Shown in pieces: positions 51,460 to 64,000 of a stretch of 64,000 bases of DNA. How positions within the stretch are numbered: position 1 is the first letter of the stretch; each line of letters begins with the position of its first letter. The stretch covers positions 3,472,001 to 3,536,000 of the forward strand of contig JBITNC010000001.1 in NCBI GenBank assembly GCA_050084985.1, in the 5' to 3' direction. This DNA comes from Nageia nagi (taxonomy: Eukaryota; Plantae; Pinophyta). Below the pieces are notes generated by a model. It worked only from the letters and a program-made list of their open reading frames with translations, did no database searches and was not told the DNA's origin. The position numbers and the translations under genes were made by a program.

Positions 51460-54412
51460 AACTTTTCTATCTTTCTTGCTCCAGGAGTAGCAATATCTTA
51501 AGCTGGGGGGAGTGATGAGTCTCAAAAACCACCTGCTTTTGACCTGGTTTTATGATCTATTCTGTATATTTGGACACTATACAACTGATGAATTCTAACT
51601 GCTGAACTACTTATTTGCTTAATTTATGATGAAATGCATACTTTCCTTTTGTTGATATTTTGTGTGTACTGATGATATTTGTGTGTCTATTTTAAGTCAA
51701 AATGCTTCATTCTACTTTTTGGAGTGCTGAGTGGTAACATGGCTGGTTCACAAGCATTGTCAGGAAGGCTTTCAAATGACTTCTGAGTTGTCTGGAGCTT
51801 CGCTCCAGACACATCTGGTATTATACTTGGCAATGTGGGGTTAGACCTGTCTGGCGCCTTTGTTCCAGACTTGTTTGAAGCTCCAAACCTTGTTCTTGGC
51901 CTTGTCTGGAGTTTCGCTCCAGACACATTCAAAGTTCATTTTACATGGCTAAGGCTCATATTCAGACACATTTGAGGTATCTGTTCTAGACATGTCTGGA
52001 GCTGCCGCTCCAGACTCATCCGAAGCACCCATTCCAGACTTGAAGTTCGGAAGATTGACTATTTCAGTTGACCCTATCAGCAGCTCTACGTCCACTTGGC
52101 AGAATTCCTACATTTGTGCAAATCGAACTGCTCCAGATTTAGCCTGAAGCATGATTTCAAACACACTAATATTCTCAGAGTCAATTCTTGTTTTGTGGAG
52201 TATGTTTGACTCCAGAAAATATGTGTTAGGCTATTTATGTCTAGCTAGGATAGTGCCATCTCATTTGGATGAGCTGTCCTTTTCTCAAGGGATTATAGCT
52301 CTCCTTAAATAAGAGCATACATTTATTAGTATGATGATTTTAGCACTAAGTTAGTTTTGATCCTAGGAATAAGGGATTCTAAATATTGTTCAGATTATTG
52401 TTATTTTTGACCAAGCCTATTGTTAAACAATGGAGGATGTTAAATACCTCAGTTGTTGACAGTAGGAGGTTAGGAAATTAAGAAAGTATTGTGTGAATAA
52501 CATTATTGTGTGAAAGCTTTGTATTTAGATTTGTCAAGCACATTCTGTGCAAGACGAACTGCATGCAGCAATAAAGTGATCTGTTAAGGAGTTTTCAGTT
52601 CTGAGTTTCTTTAAGTCTTCCACCAAGAGGAGCAAGGGCCCACTCCAAATGGTAGAAGACTCTTTTATCTCTCTGTATTTTTGTAGTGTAAAGTGTGAAT
52701 TTGCTTTAAGTTCAGCATTTTCCAGTTTGTCTCTCTTTTAGTATTTCAGATTCCCGTACTTTCAATTCTGCAACGTTCAGTTCTGCACATTTGCTTTCTG
52801 CCATTTTGCTTGAAGTAGATACAGCTTAGAGAGCAGAGCTCAATAGCATACAGCCTTGAACACCTCCCGGATTTGATAAAAGTAATGAAGGGGATAAATG
52901 TTGATATTCCAAACTTAGTGAGAGGCAACTAAAGGCTTTCCTGAGTGTTGGTGTACCAGCTCTTTGAGTTAACTGGTCCCTTCACAATAACAGGTGTGAG
53001 GATCACTAAGGGGAGGGTAGTGACAGCCCTGGGGGAATTTGGAGTGTCATTATTTTAACTCATCACTCCCACTGCAGTTTCCGGGGCACTCCCTAAAAAT
53101 GACCTCAGCCGTTTTCGTTCTTGGGAACGCGTTCCCATTGCTCCCCTATGTCCGACACACGTTGAAGCCTTGCAATAAATCAATAGTCATAGGGAGTTTG
53201 TTGTCTAGTTCCAACCCTACATATTGCAGCATCAACTCCGATTCGGCTCCCTACTTCATCTTCACTCATAATGCTTGACATGCTCACATGCCACTTGAAT
53301 CAGCCGCTGCTAAGCACACCAATCTTTTGCTTCACCCTTCACTCTCAAACATGCATGTTGAATTTTCCCTCAACCTCAACCCTACATGCAAACGGGTAAC
53401 AAACTAAGGACATTTTTCTTTGCCTTCACATATCTTAAGGGGTTCAATAACTTTGTTTGCGCAAGTTGTTTTCAAACCCTAGCTCCTCCTTGAACCTACA
53501 AAATAAACTGAAACCCTAAAACCTTGTCTCAAAACTCTGCACATATAAGTGGATAAAATCCAAATCCAACATCTTCAAAAAGTACTGAAAAACAATAAAA
53601 GGGCATTAAAGGGATTCAAAAGGTTTTAAATTATAAAATAAGATTGGTAACACCATGTGTGGTATCTACACAATGGAAAATAAACAACTGATTTTTCAAG
53701 GTTCTCTTATATCTATCAACTATCAAAATCCACCAAAAACCAAGAGTACCAGCATCCTGTCGTGAAGATTAAACATCCACCACAATTTCCATGGAATCCT
53801 CCCACTTGCATGCAGAATCCTCAACCCACCATGCGCAATGGATTAGTCTCAACCCATGTGTTCCTGAAAGGAAATAGAAAACTTGATATTATTACAATGT
53901 GAAGCCTTGGTTAAATAGCCAAGGATGAACAATTACAACAATAGGATGGGTTGATACACGGAATGATCTCAACCATCCAAACATAACAAACTAGGATAAG
54001 GATAAGAATGACAACCCATGTGTTGTCAACTAACTTAGTAACACTAAAGTTAGATACCCTATCCTGGCAAGCTTAATTAACTCTAACAATTCCAACCGTT
54101 TTGCTCCTCACTCACCAGTCTTCGCCACTTGGCACTCATGTGAACATTGTCTCCTACCAACTAATTGTCAACTCTACTAATAGATCCCGCTTGCCACCTC
54201 CACAACACTTGTCAACCATGCGCTTTCTCGAATATATCATTATTAGACCTTGTTGACTACACCTCCAAGTGACCTATCCAACCTTGCCATTGGATTCACA
54301 CTCGCCAAGAGTTTAGTCTCCCACCCAAGGTTAAAATTATTGAAGGCAAAATTGGACAAAAATTAAAGCAAATTTTCCTTTGAACACAAAACTATTGTGT
54401 TGGTGAGGAAAT

Positions 54413-55532
54413 TGTGACGTCCCACTTGCATTATTGTAATTAATTATGGAATCCAACGGATTCCCCTTTTTAATATATTTTATTATTGCATTGTACTTTT
54501 AGTTGTGGCTTGGGATAGAAGACTTAATGGGTCAATGGACCCCACTGTGAGCCCCAAGTGGGACGTGTCCCTCCTAAGCATAGATTAGGCGTTTAATTAT
54601 ACTTGGAGATCCCGATCATGATTATGGGAATCCGAACATCTGTTTAGCACTTGGATGGATGAACACTTGTATACATATGCCAGCCTTAGGGAGACTCTTA
54701 GACCCCCACATTAGCCCATGATGACACCCAGACCCCACGCATGACTCCTAGACCCACGTTAGTCATGCGTGGCACTACAAACCCCCAAGTTGGCATGCTT
54801 GACCCCTAGGCACCCAAGTTGGGAATTTTGGGCCCTCCAAGAGACTAATGTTGAATTAGAGGAACTGGGAATGATTCCTAGGTGAGATCCGGATCCAACC
54901 AAGTGTTATAAAAGGACATTAAAGCCTCATAGCTAGATATGCTTGATTATTATTACACTTATACCATATAGAGGATAAGAAGATTTAGCGGCACTAAACA
55001 AGTGCAACATCTAGGAGGGCTATCAGGCTGAAGGATCTTGTTAGTCTACAGCATCCGGTGGTATTACGAGGTTGGGCTTCTACCATTCAGTTGATCACCA
55101 GGATCAAAGAAGGGCTCCTTTGGTGGAGAGGAATCAAGTTTGAGTGAGCAAGACTGTCTTGTCCGTCCGTCCAGTTTGAGGATACACATTGTGCCCTAGT
55201 TGACTCCTTTGAGGCCAACATCAACCCCATTGGACCTGGTATTGTATTGTTGCTACATTCAGATCTTATATACAGCCATTGGGCAATTCGATCTCCATTT
55301 CAACTTCCATACTTGTCCATGTTTGCATCATTGGATTATTATTGTGCACGTATGCTTGTGTAAGCCATACGTTGGCATTTGTGAGGATTTCAATATTGAT
55401 GTATGCTAGTTGAGGCCAAACATTAGCAATATTGTGTTGTTTATGCTTAATTTGGATGCCCTAGACCAGACGTTGGGTTTTATTTGCATTGTTTGAGCAT
55501 TTTGCACTTGATATTGCATTTGGATCCTTACA
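54413..55532 (+). mobile_element. Solo LTR
   Basis: TGTGACGTCCC...GGATCCTTACA; imperfect TSD GAAAT/AGAAT; the empty-site homolog is at ~7411-7435 (tgttgataaggaaatccttcctac). Confidence 0.75.
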
Positions 55533-57024
55533 AGAATCCTTCCTACTCTTACAAGGTTACCGATAGGCAAGCTTAGCAAGAGAAGAAAACACCTATAAGT
55601 GAGAAAGGGCTACTTGTCTCCACTCTGAAAGGGATTGACTACCACAAGGTCTACATGAAGTTTTCCAAACTTCTCGCATCTATGGGTGATGATATTCTAA
55701 TGGCTTTGGTAATTAGCTCAAAAAAGAGGAGACGAGGTAACACACAAGTTTTATGGACCTATTCAGGGCTTGTGTCGATGGAAAGTTGCAAGGGTTTTAA
55801 AAAAGGGGAAGCAAATAATATGAAAAATTGAGAATGACCTAAAGGAACTTGATGCATGTATCAACCATTCGAAAATGCTACAGGGTCAAGAAGATCTATA
55901 ATCTAGATTTAATGAGAAATTTCATTCATTTGATCAAATACAAGTGCATATAGCATAAAAGCCCAAACTACGACAATAAATGAGCCAAAAGGAAAGCATG
56001 GACTTTAGAGATATTATGGAAATAATTCATCATCATACAATTATGAATAAACATTTCTACGCATGCATCCTTTGAGAAATGTGCCTTTAGGACATGGAAA
56101 ATTTGTGCCAATTCAATATGATCTCTTACTTTTATACTCCTCTTTGCTTTGCTACTTGTCAATCCTTGAGTTTGCATGTTCTTCTACCATGATCATTCCA
56201 TTCTTGGTGTTCTCACCCAGAGGGATGACAATCAAGATGAAAGACCGATAGCTTTTATGAGCTTTCCTCTGCGGGACACCACTCTGAGGTATTCTACACT
56301 AGAGAAACAAGCTTATGCCTTGGTGCAATCAGTAAAGAAATTCAAGTACTACATTCTGCAGAGCAAGGTTATAGCAATCTTTGCAAATTCTGCTGTAAAT
56401 CCCTCCTAATCCAACATGAATTAGGAGACAAAAGAGGAAATTGGGTTGCTACTCTTCAAGAATATGATTTGTCAATCCAGCTAATGAAAATAGTTCGAGG
56501 AAAAGGACTCACGAAGCTATTAGCTGATTGTGGAACCAATTCCCAAACTGATGAAGTAATGATGGCCCAGTCCACCTTACCTAAAAGCTCTTGGTATGAA
56601 GATATAATTAGATATTTGACAACAAGGACATATCCTCCTCGTTTAAATATGTCCCAAAAGAGAACCTTAAGGTATAAGGTTGCAAAGTTCATGATTTGAG
56701 AAGGTAAACTATACAGGAGAAATTATGATGGGTTGTGCTTAAGAAGACCAGAAGATTCTCAGAGCAAGGAGATCCTACAACAATTTCATGATCAAGAAAA
56801 TGGCATAGGTCATGCTTCAGGAAGCACCTTGGCTCATCAGGTACTGAGAGTCGGGTATTACTGGCCCTCTACTTTTAAGGATGCTCATGAATATGCAAAG
56901 AAATGTCATGTATGCCACGTATATGCTAGAAGACAAAAGATTTCTAATCTACCCTTGCAACAAGTCCTCAAGTCCAAACAATTTGCACAATGGGGACTAG
57001 ATTTTGTGGGAGTCATTAATCCCC

Positions 57025-57148
57025 ACTCCTCTTCAAGGCGCCAATTCATATTGACAGCAATCGACTATTGTACCCGTTGGTATGAAACTCCTCTTCAAGG
57101 CGCCAATTCATATTGACAGCAATCGACTATTATACCCGTTGGTATGAA
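57025..57148. repeat. 62-bp tandem duplication that frameshifts the integrase
   Basis: 57025-57086 and 57087-57148, one mismatch. Confidence 0.92.
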
Positions 57149-57810
57149 GCTCAGGAATGCAAAATTGCTACTACTGAAGTAGTAATTAAGTTCCTCTAAG
57201 AACATATCATCACCCGATTCGGTATGCCACATGCGTTGGTCTGTGACAACGGCACCGCATTCATATCCATTCCCCTGTCAAAATGGGCCTATGATTGCGG
57301 TATCATCCTAAAATTTGCAGCCAATTACTACCCTCAAGGAAACGGAGTGGTGGAATCTACCAACAAAAATTTGATAGGCATGATAAAACAATTGCTCGAG
57401 AACAACCCTCGAGACTGGCATAGTAAGCTCAAATATGCAGTATGGGCTGATCGCATCAGGATCAAACAGTCCCTTGGAACAAGTCTCTTTCAGTTGGTGT
57501 ATGGAACTAAGCCCGTTTTTCCTGCACATCTTAAGATAGCCATTTTGCAGTTCTTAAAAGATCATGTTAATGGTGAGGACCCTATAGAAGCTAGGATGCT
57601 GCAACTCCTCCAACTAGAAGAAAAGAGAGAAGATGCCTTTAATTGCATGATTCTACGGCAGTCAAGCATTAAGAGATGGTTTGACAAGTTTGCATAATGC
57701 AAAGAGTTCAGGTTAGCAGACTTGGTTTGTTGTGAGATAAAGCTCATGAAGAAAAGGGGAAGCATTCTAAGTTTGATAAACTCTGGCTTGGGCCCTTTCA
57801 AATTTCAGCA

Positions 57811-60800
57811 TGAAATATCCCAATTATTACTCAAGATTTTTGGGCATAAAAACTAGATCTGTTACATGCTATCTTTGACTCCAAACTCCAACTGTAACAG
57901 CACTTTTATTACTTAATAATGATGACAGAATTCTGATCTTATAACAGCAGTAATATAGGAATTAAATCGCATGAAAGAGACCATAGAATCATTCATTCAA
58001 GAGTAGATAACAAGAACAATGAGTATATGAGATCAAATCTTCAATACGCAAGTAATAAGACTGTTATTTCTGTAACAATTCTGTAACATTCCTGTAACAA
58101 TATTTAGGGCATCCAAAATATGAGTCTCCTCACAAATTCTTCAAAATGCCACTTCTAAGGCTGTTGGGCGCATCCCTAGGCCAAAGAAGGGTGAGAAGGG
58201 CACATCCCTAACTCAAGAAAAGCAGATATCAGAATTTGATTGGATGATCCCTTGAAAATGAGAAATGTTTTTGCTTAAATAGCCATTAAATGTCTCCATA
58301 AAAGCCAGCCGACCAACCTTGGAAGAGAAAACTAGATTTCCAAGTGGTTTTGCCGACTTGAACATGGATAATGATTCCAAATACAATTCTTTACATTTTT
58401 TTTTTCTTTTCTTTTGATAAATGCCAAAAGTGTAAAGTACTCCTAGATCTAGAAATTGCAATGAAAATGAAATACAAAGAATTTTGGGACATTACAAATC
58501 CTCCCCTCCCAAATTGCTTGTCCTCAAGCAATTCAAGGTTGGATGCATAAGGATCTCTGACCCTTGCCATGTAGCATCTTCAACTGGTAAGCCTTTCCAT
58601 TTTATCAGGTACTCTTTGATGACTCTATTCCTCAAGATTTTTTCCTTGGTCTCCAAGAGGGTTTCAGGTTCAAGAATCAGCTTGCCTTCTTCATCAAGTG
58701 GGGGTAACTCCGTAGATGGAACCACATGCTGTCCTAAGGCCTTTTTGAGGCATGAAACATGAAAGACATTGTGGATCTTGCTATTGCGTGGCAACTCTAA
58801 CTCATATGCAACTTCTCCCACCTTGCGTATGACCTTATATGGGCCATAAAATCGTGGTCTTAGCTTCTCCTTCCCACTTTTCTTCAATGTGGACTGTCTA
58901 TAGGGCTGCATTCGTAAGTAGACCATATCTCCAACTTCAAATTGGCGTTCTGTTCTTTGTTGATCAGCATATTTCTTCTGCTGGTTTTGTGCAAGTTGGA
59001 TGTTATCTTTTAGGGTCTTCAATATATTCTGATTTTCTTCCACAAAGTCTTTAGCTTTAGGTACCCTACTATCATTGATCAACAAGTCAATAATGTTAGG
59101 AGCATTATATCCATACAAAGCCATAAAAGGAGACATCTTAATGGAGATGTGATATGAGGAATTGTAGCAAAACTCCCCTAAGTGCAACCATTTTATCCAT
59201 GCACGTTGCTGCCCTGAAACATAGTTCCTTAGGTAACCTTCTACCCATTTGTTCACTATTTCTGTTTGTCCATCAGTTTGGGGATGATAACTTGTACTTG
59301 GGGTTAGTATTGTACCACACAATTTAAACAATTCTTGCCAAAACAAACTCATGAACTTGCTGTCCCTATCACTTACAATATTTTTAGGTATGCCATGGAG
59401 TCTAAAGATTTCTTTGAAGAACAAGTCAGCCACTTGAACTGCTGTGTATGAGGTGGAAATGGCATAGAAATGTGCAAATTTGGTCAATCTGTCCACTACC
59501 ACATAGATGCAATCTTTACCTTGTACTTTGGGCAAACCAGAAATGAAGTCCATGGATATACTTTCCCATTTTTGTGTGGGAATGGGCAATGGTTGTAGCA
59601 ATCCTGCTGGTAATGTATTCTCTCCCTTATTTTCTTGGCAAATAATACATTCTCTTACATGTCTAAGAACATCATCCTTCAACCCCTTCCATGTGAATCT
59701 TTCTCGCAGCTGTCTATATGTTTTAAAGAAGCCAGGATGACCAGCCATTGGTGTGTCATGCATTGCCTCAATTAATTTCTCTTTTAACTTTAAATTGGGC
59801 ACAAGAAAAATTCTGTTTTTGTAGAAAATCAGTCCCTTTCTAATGTTGTACCTATCATCTTTCAAGTGGCCATCTATGAGACGTGATGCTAATTCATTCT
59901 TGGTATATTCAGCCATGATGGCAGCTTTCCAATCGTCAATAATGATGGATGTAGAGTGAAAGGAGGTGTTCTTGAGAGTGCATCAGCTGCTGTGTTCTTT
60001 TTCCCTTTTACAAATTCAATGTCAAAATCATAGGATTGAAGCTTAGTTACCCATTTTTGTTGTCTCTCATTCAAATCTTGCTGTCCCAAAAAGTATTTAA
60101 GACTGTTATGATCAATCCTTACTATGAACTTGCCACATACCAAGTATTGTTTAAATTTGGCTAATGCATGCATAATGGCAAGCATTTCTTTGTCATAAAT
60201 ACTGAAAGCCTTTTCATTGGGTTTGAGTTTTCTACTTTCAAAGCAAATTGGTTGTCCTTTTTGCATGAGAATAGCTCCTATCCCAAAGCCTGACGCATCA
60301 CAATCAATAGTGAAACGTAAGGAAAAATCTGGAAGTGCAAGTAGTGGACAAGTGGTCATTACCTCTTTCAATTTTGTGAAAGCCTTGTGGGCCTCCTCAT
60401 TCCATGCAAATGCATCTTTTTTTGTCAATTCGGTCAATGGAGCTGCTAAGGCTGAAAACCCCTTGATGAATCTTCTATAGTAACTGCAAAGACCCAAGAA
60501 TCCTCTCAAATGGGTCAAGTTGGTTGGTGTGGGCCATTCTTGAATAGCTGCAATTTTGTGTTCATCCACTTGTACCCCTTTGTTACTGATTATGTGTCCC
60601 AAATAGAGAATTTCAGTCAACCCAAATTCACATTTGGATTCCTTAGCATAGAACTCTTCTTGCTCCAAGATTCTTAGGACTGTTTCCAAATGCTTCAAAT
60701 GGTCTTCCCAAGAATTGCTATAGACAAGGATGTCATCAAAAAATACTAATACAAATTTTCTCAAAAATTCTCTGAATATTTGGTTCATAGCTGATTGGAA

Positions 60801-63800
60801 AGTGGCGGGAGCATTTGTCAAACCAAAGGGCATCACCAAAAATTCGAAATGACCATAGTGGCACCTAAAGGCAGTTTTGTGAACATCCTCCTCATTGACT
60901 CTAATTTGGTGATAGCCGGATCTAAGGTCAATCTTGGAAAAATACATAGCTCCATGCAATTCATCCATGAGCTCATCCACCCTAGGAATGGGGTATCTAT
61001 TCTTGATGGTTTTTTTATTAAGGGCTCTATAATCTATGCACATTCTCAATGTTCCATCTTTCTTTTTGGCCAATACAACGGATGAGGCAAATGGGCTTGT
61101 ACTTGGACGAATATGGCCTAGAGCTAAGAGTTCATTTATGATCTTTTCAATTTCATCTTTATATATCTTTGGATGCCTATAGGGGTTAATCATGATGGGT
61201 TTGGATCCATGTTCAAGTTCAATGGCATGTTGGAAACCTCTATGTGGTGGCAAACCTTTGGGAACTTCTTTGAAAATTTTACTATGCTTGCTTAGTAAAG
61301 TTTGAATGCCGGAATGATGAAAAACACAATGAGTGGATGGATGAGTCATACCTTTTAATGTGAAGATTTGGACAGCCCATACGAATTCTCCTTTTTTGAG
61401 GATCTTCTCCATTCTTTTATTTGTCACCTTTTGGGTCATGTGGTCTTTGACTCCTTGCAGCACCACCTCGCGTCCTTTATTTTTGAATTTGAATTGCAAT
61501 GTTTGGTGGTTGGTAGTATAATCACCCAAGGGAAACAGCCATTGTACTCCCAACACTATTTGAGGTACTCCCCCCAATGGAAATACATAAAAATCTTCTT
61601 CAATTGAATGCCCATCAAACTCGATTTTCAAGTTAGTCACATATTTGTTGCAAGGTACAAGGTTCCCATTTCCAGTAGCCACATTAAAACCAGCAAAGAG
61701 TTCTGATTTTAGTTTCTTTCTTGCCACGAATTCCTCATCTATGAAGTTATGGGTTGCCCCACCATCAATTAATGTGATCACTTTTTCCCCTAGAATTTTC
61801 CCGGGTACTTTGATGGTGTAAAATTGGTTGGCACTATTCAAGGTAGCCAAGTTTCCTGTGTTGGTGACTGTATTTGGAACAACAGTCCCTTCATTGGTGA
61901 AATCTTCCATTGTGCATTCATTACTAGGTTCATTCTCATCATCGGATGCTTCATCATCAGAAATAACTTCAATATAATGAATTTGCCCCTTACCTAAACA
62001 ACGGTGACCAGGTACCCATGGCTTCTTGCAGCTGAAACAAAGATTCTTCCTTCTAAGTTCATTTCTTTCATCATCCAATTTCCTTCCATGGTGTGGCGAT
62101 GGTGGACCCCTAGTTGTATGTGGTGTAGGTCTTCCCATGGGCTGGTTTCTTTGGAAAGCTGATCCTCCCCTTTGGAATGTATCTCTTCTTTGAAATGGGG
62201 TTGCCATGTTAGCTCTAGGAGGTGGTAGAGTAGAAGGCCTTGATCTAGGAAAAGCAGATGATTCAAGAGCTAGTGCCCTCCTAAAAGCATCTTGCAATGT
62301 GGGTGGTTCATGAGCTTTAACCAAACCCTTTAGTGGTTCTAGTAAGCCTTCAATGAAAAGAAAAGACACCCTTCTATCAGATATATTGGTCACCATAACT
62401 GAAATCTTCTGAAATTCTTCAATATATGCTTCAACAGTTGTTGTTTGTTGTAGTGTGGCCAGCTCCCTAAAGTACTCTTCTTCATCTTTCTTTTCAAATC
62501 TATCCAAGACTCTTTGACTAAATTCATCAAAGGTAATAATTTCTTCATGTCCTTGTGTTGTGAGGCCATGATGCCACCAATCATATGCAGCTTCTTCAAG
62601 GTAAATAGTGGCAAATTGGATTGCATCTTCTTCGGCTATAGGACAAAGAGTAAAGTAGGTTTGCAACTTTTGTAACCATGCTCTAGCTGTCATATTCTTG
62701 CCATTGAACATAGGAACTTGCATCTTTTGAAAATGCTTATTATCATAATACTTGCTATTTCTACCAATCTTCTTTCCCAAAATACTTAGATAGCTCTCAA
62801 AAGAAACTGAGTCTTTAAATTCAGTAGACTTACCTTGGTAATCAGCGAAGTATATCTCCATTTCTTCAGTTGCCAAACCTTGATCAGTTCCTTGTTTTGG
62901 CACGAACATGGGTCTTGAAGGTCTAGGCAAAGGAGGATGACCATAACGAACTGATCTTTCACTCCCTTGGTCATTCGCTAGTGTCCTAACTGTTTCCTCT
63001 TGTTGTGGCTGCGTTTGGGGTTTGGAGAGCCCATCTATTTTTTTGACCAACTGAGTTAGTAGGTCTACCATTGTCTTGAGCTCATTTGGTGGTTCTTCCA
63101 TGCCTTTGATTTCTTCAACTTCTTGTTTTTCGAAGTTTGGATCTGCTGTTCGCTGCGAATCCTTCTTACTTTTTCTTGTGTAGTAATGGTGCATAGACTC
63201 CCTCACAGGCTGGCAAGAGACCAGCTCTGATACCACTGAAATATCCCAATTATTACTCAAGATTTTTGGGCATAAAAACTAGATCTGTTACATGCTATCT
63301 TTGACTCCAAACTCCAACTGTAACAGCACTTTTATTACTTAATAATGATGACAGAATTCTGATCTTATAACAGCAGTAATATAGGAATTAAATCGCATGA
63401 AAGAGACCATAGAATCATTCATTCAAGAGTAGATAACAAGAACAATGAGTATATGAGATCAAATCTTCAATACGCAAGTAATAAGACTGTTATTTCTGTA
63501 ACAATTCTGTAACATTCCTGTAACAATATTTAGGGCATCCAAAATATGAGTCTCCTCACAAATTCTTCAAAATGCCACTTCTAAGGCTGTTGGGCGCATC
63601 CCTAGGCCAAAGAAGGATGAGAAGGGCACATCCCTAACTCAAGAAAAGCAGATATCAGAATTTGATTGGATGATCCCTTGAAAATGAGAAATGTTTTTGC
63701 TTAAATAGCCATTAAATGTCTCCATAAAAGCCAGCCGACCAACCTTGGAAGAGAAAACTAGATTTCCAAGTGGTTTTGTCGACTTGAACATGGATAATGA

Positions 63801-63922
63801 TTCCAAATACAATTCTTTACATTTTTTTTTTCTTTTCTTTTGATAAATGCCAAAAGTGTAAAGTACTCCTAGATCTAGAAATTGCAATGAAAATGAAATA
63901 CAAAGAATTTTGGGACATTACA
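57811..63922 (-). mobile_element. Full-length chromodomain-containing Ty3/Gypsy (chromovirus), very recent insertion
   Basis: 686-bp LTRs 57811-58496 and 63237-63922 (two mismatches noticed); TSD CAGCA; PBS TGGTATCAGAGC 63224-35; PPT 58497-58510. Confidence 0.96.
58492..63194 (-). CDS. Chromovirus gag-pol polyprotein with one frameshift (~59960) between RNase H and integrase
   Basis: Likely ATG 63194; [10 protein letters not shown] protease; [16 protein letters not shown]; CDASG RNase H; SMDF/SDRD/DGQTE integrase; GPY; [16 protein letters not shown] chromodomain. Confidence 0.9.
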
Positions 63923-64000
63923 CAGCATTTGTTGGAAAGAATACCTTCAAACTCAAGAGACTCACTGGAGAAGAATTGTCATTTCTTGTGAACGGCAAAC

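Larger units (their letters stand above)
40456..53065 (+). mobile_element. Full-length Athila-type Ty3/Gypsy LTR retrotransposon, very recent insertion
   Basis: 1553-bp LTRs 40456-42008 and 51513-53065 (TG..CA; one mismatch noticed); TSD CTCCC; PBS TGGCGCCGTTGCCGGGG (tRNA-Asp) 42012-28; PPT gggggag before 51513. Confidence 0.96.
39736..53150. mobile_element. Possible non-autonomous DNA transposon or MITE (39736-40455 plus 53071-53150) hosting the Athila insertion
   Basis: Imperfect inverted ends CATTAGGGAAC.. and ..GCTCCCCTATG; repeated gggaac/gttccc motifs; perfect 12-bp inverted pair 39861-72 / 40444-55; no TSD found. Confidence 0.4.
56150..64000 (+). mobile_element. Older decayed non-chromoviral Gypsy RNase H-integrase (56150-57810, resuming 63928-64000)
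   Basis: ERPIAFMS..RYSTLEKQAYALV; GYYWPS..CHVC; WGLDFVG; CDNG; YYPQGNG; WLGPFQISA|FVGKNTFKL..VNGK spans the nested insertion. Confidence 0.85.

Noticed and set aside
40630-52928. Duplicated small ORFs (81 aa and 60 aa; likewise 74/68/84 aa at 12993-13355 and 18314-18676, and 82 aa at 58213 and 63639)
   Set aside because: They recur only because they lie in paired LTRs; no protein motifs.
63195-63260. N-terminus of the 1123-aa ORF as given in the track
   Set aside because: It runs through the LTR and PBS from a non-ATG start; the first ATG after the PBS is at 63194.

Overview
AT-rich plant nuclear DNA. The very large introns and the retroelement types suggest a gymnosperm (inference). The window lies inside a minus-strand folylpolyglutamate synthase (FPGS) gene. 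Seven internal exons (39247 down to 3328; 498 nt, 166 codons) have GT-AG borders and consistent phases, and the ORF track mostly misses them. One intron is 28.8 kb, and the upstream intron is apparently >24.7 kb. The introns hold nested LTR retrotransposons: a very young Athila-type Gypsy with a 3' extra ORF (40456-53065), a very young chromodomain Gypsy (57811-63922) inserted into an older Gypsy integrase, an internally deleted relative (24592-30488), solo and partial LTRs, and Copia remnants. The standout is a young, structurally complete non-autonomous LTR element (12789-18846; TG..CA LTRs, TSD, PBS, PPT). Its gag region is replaced by an intronless N-terminal domain of the cohesin regulator PDS5, fused in one reading frame (14499-18044, about 1180 codons, only two internal stops) to a heavily eroded chromoviral Pol lacking its protease and RT catalytic motifs. 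There is also a 3x260 bp tandem repeat carrying the 3' part of a plastid-type tRNA-Asp. All calls were made by eye; no searches were run.
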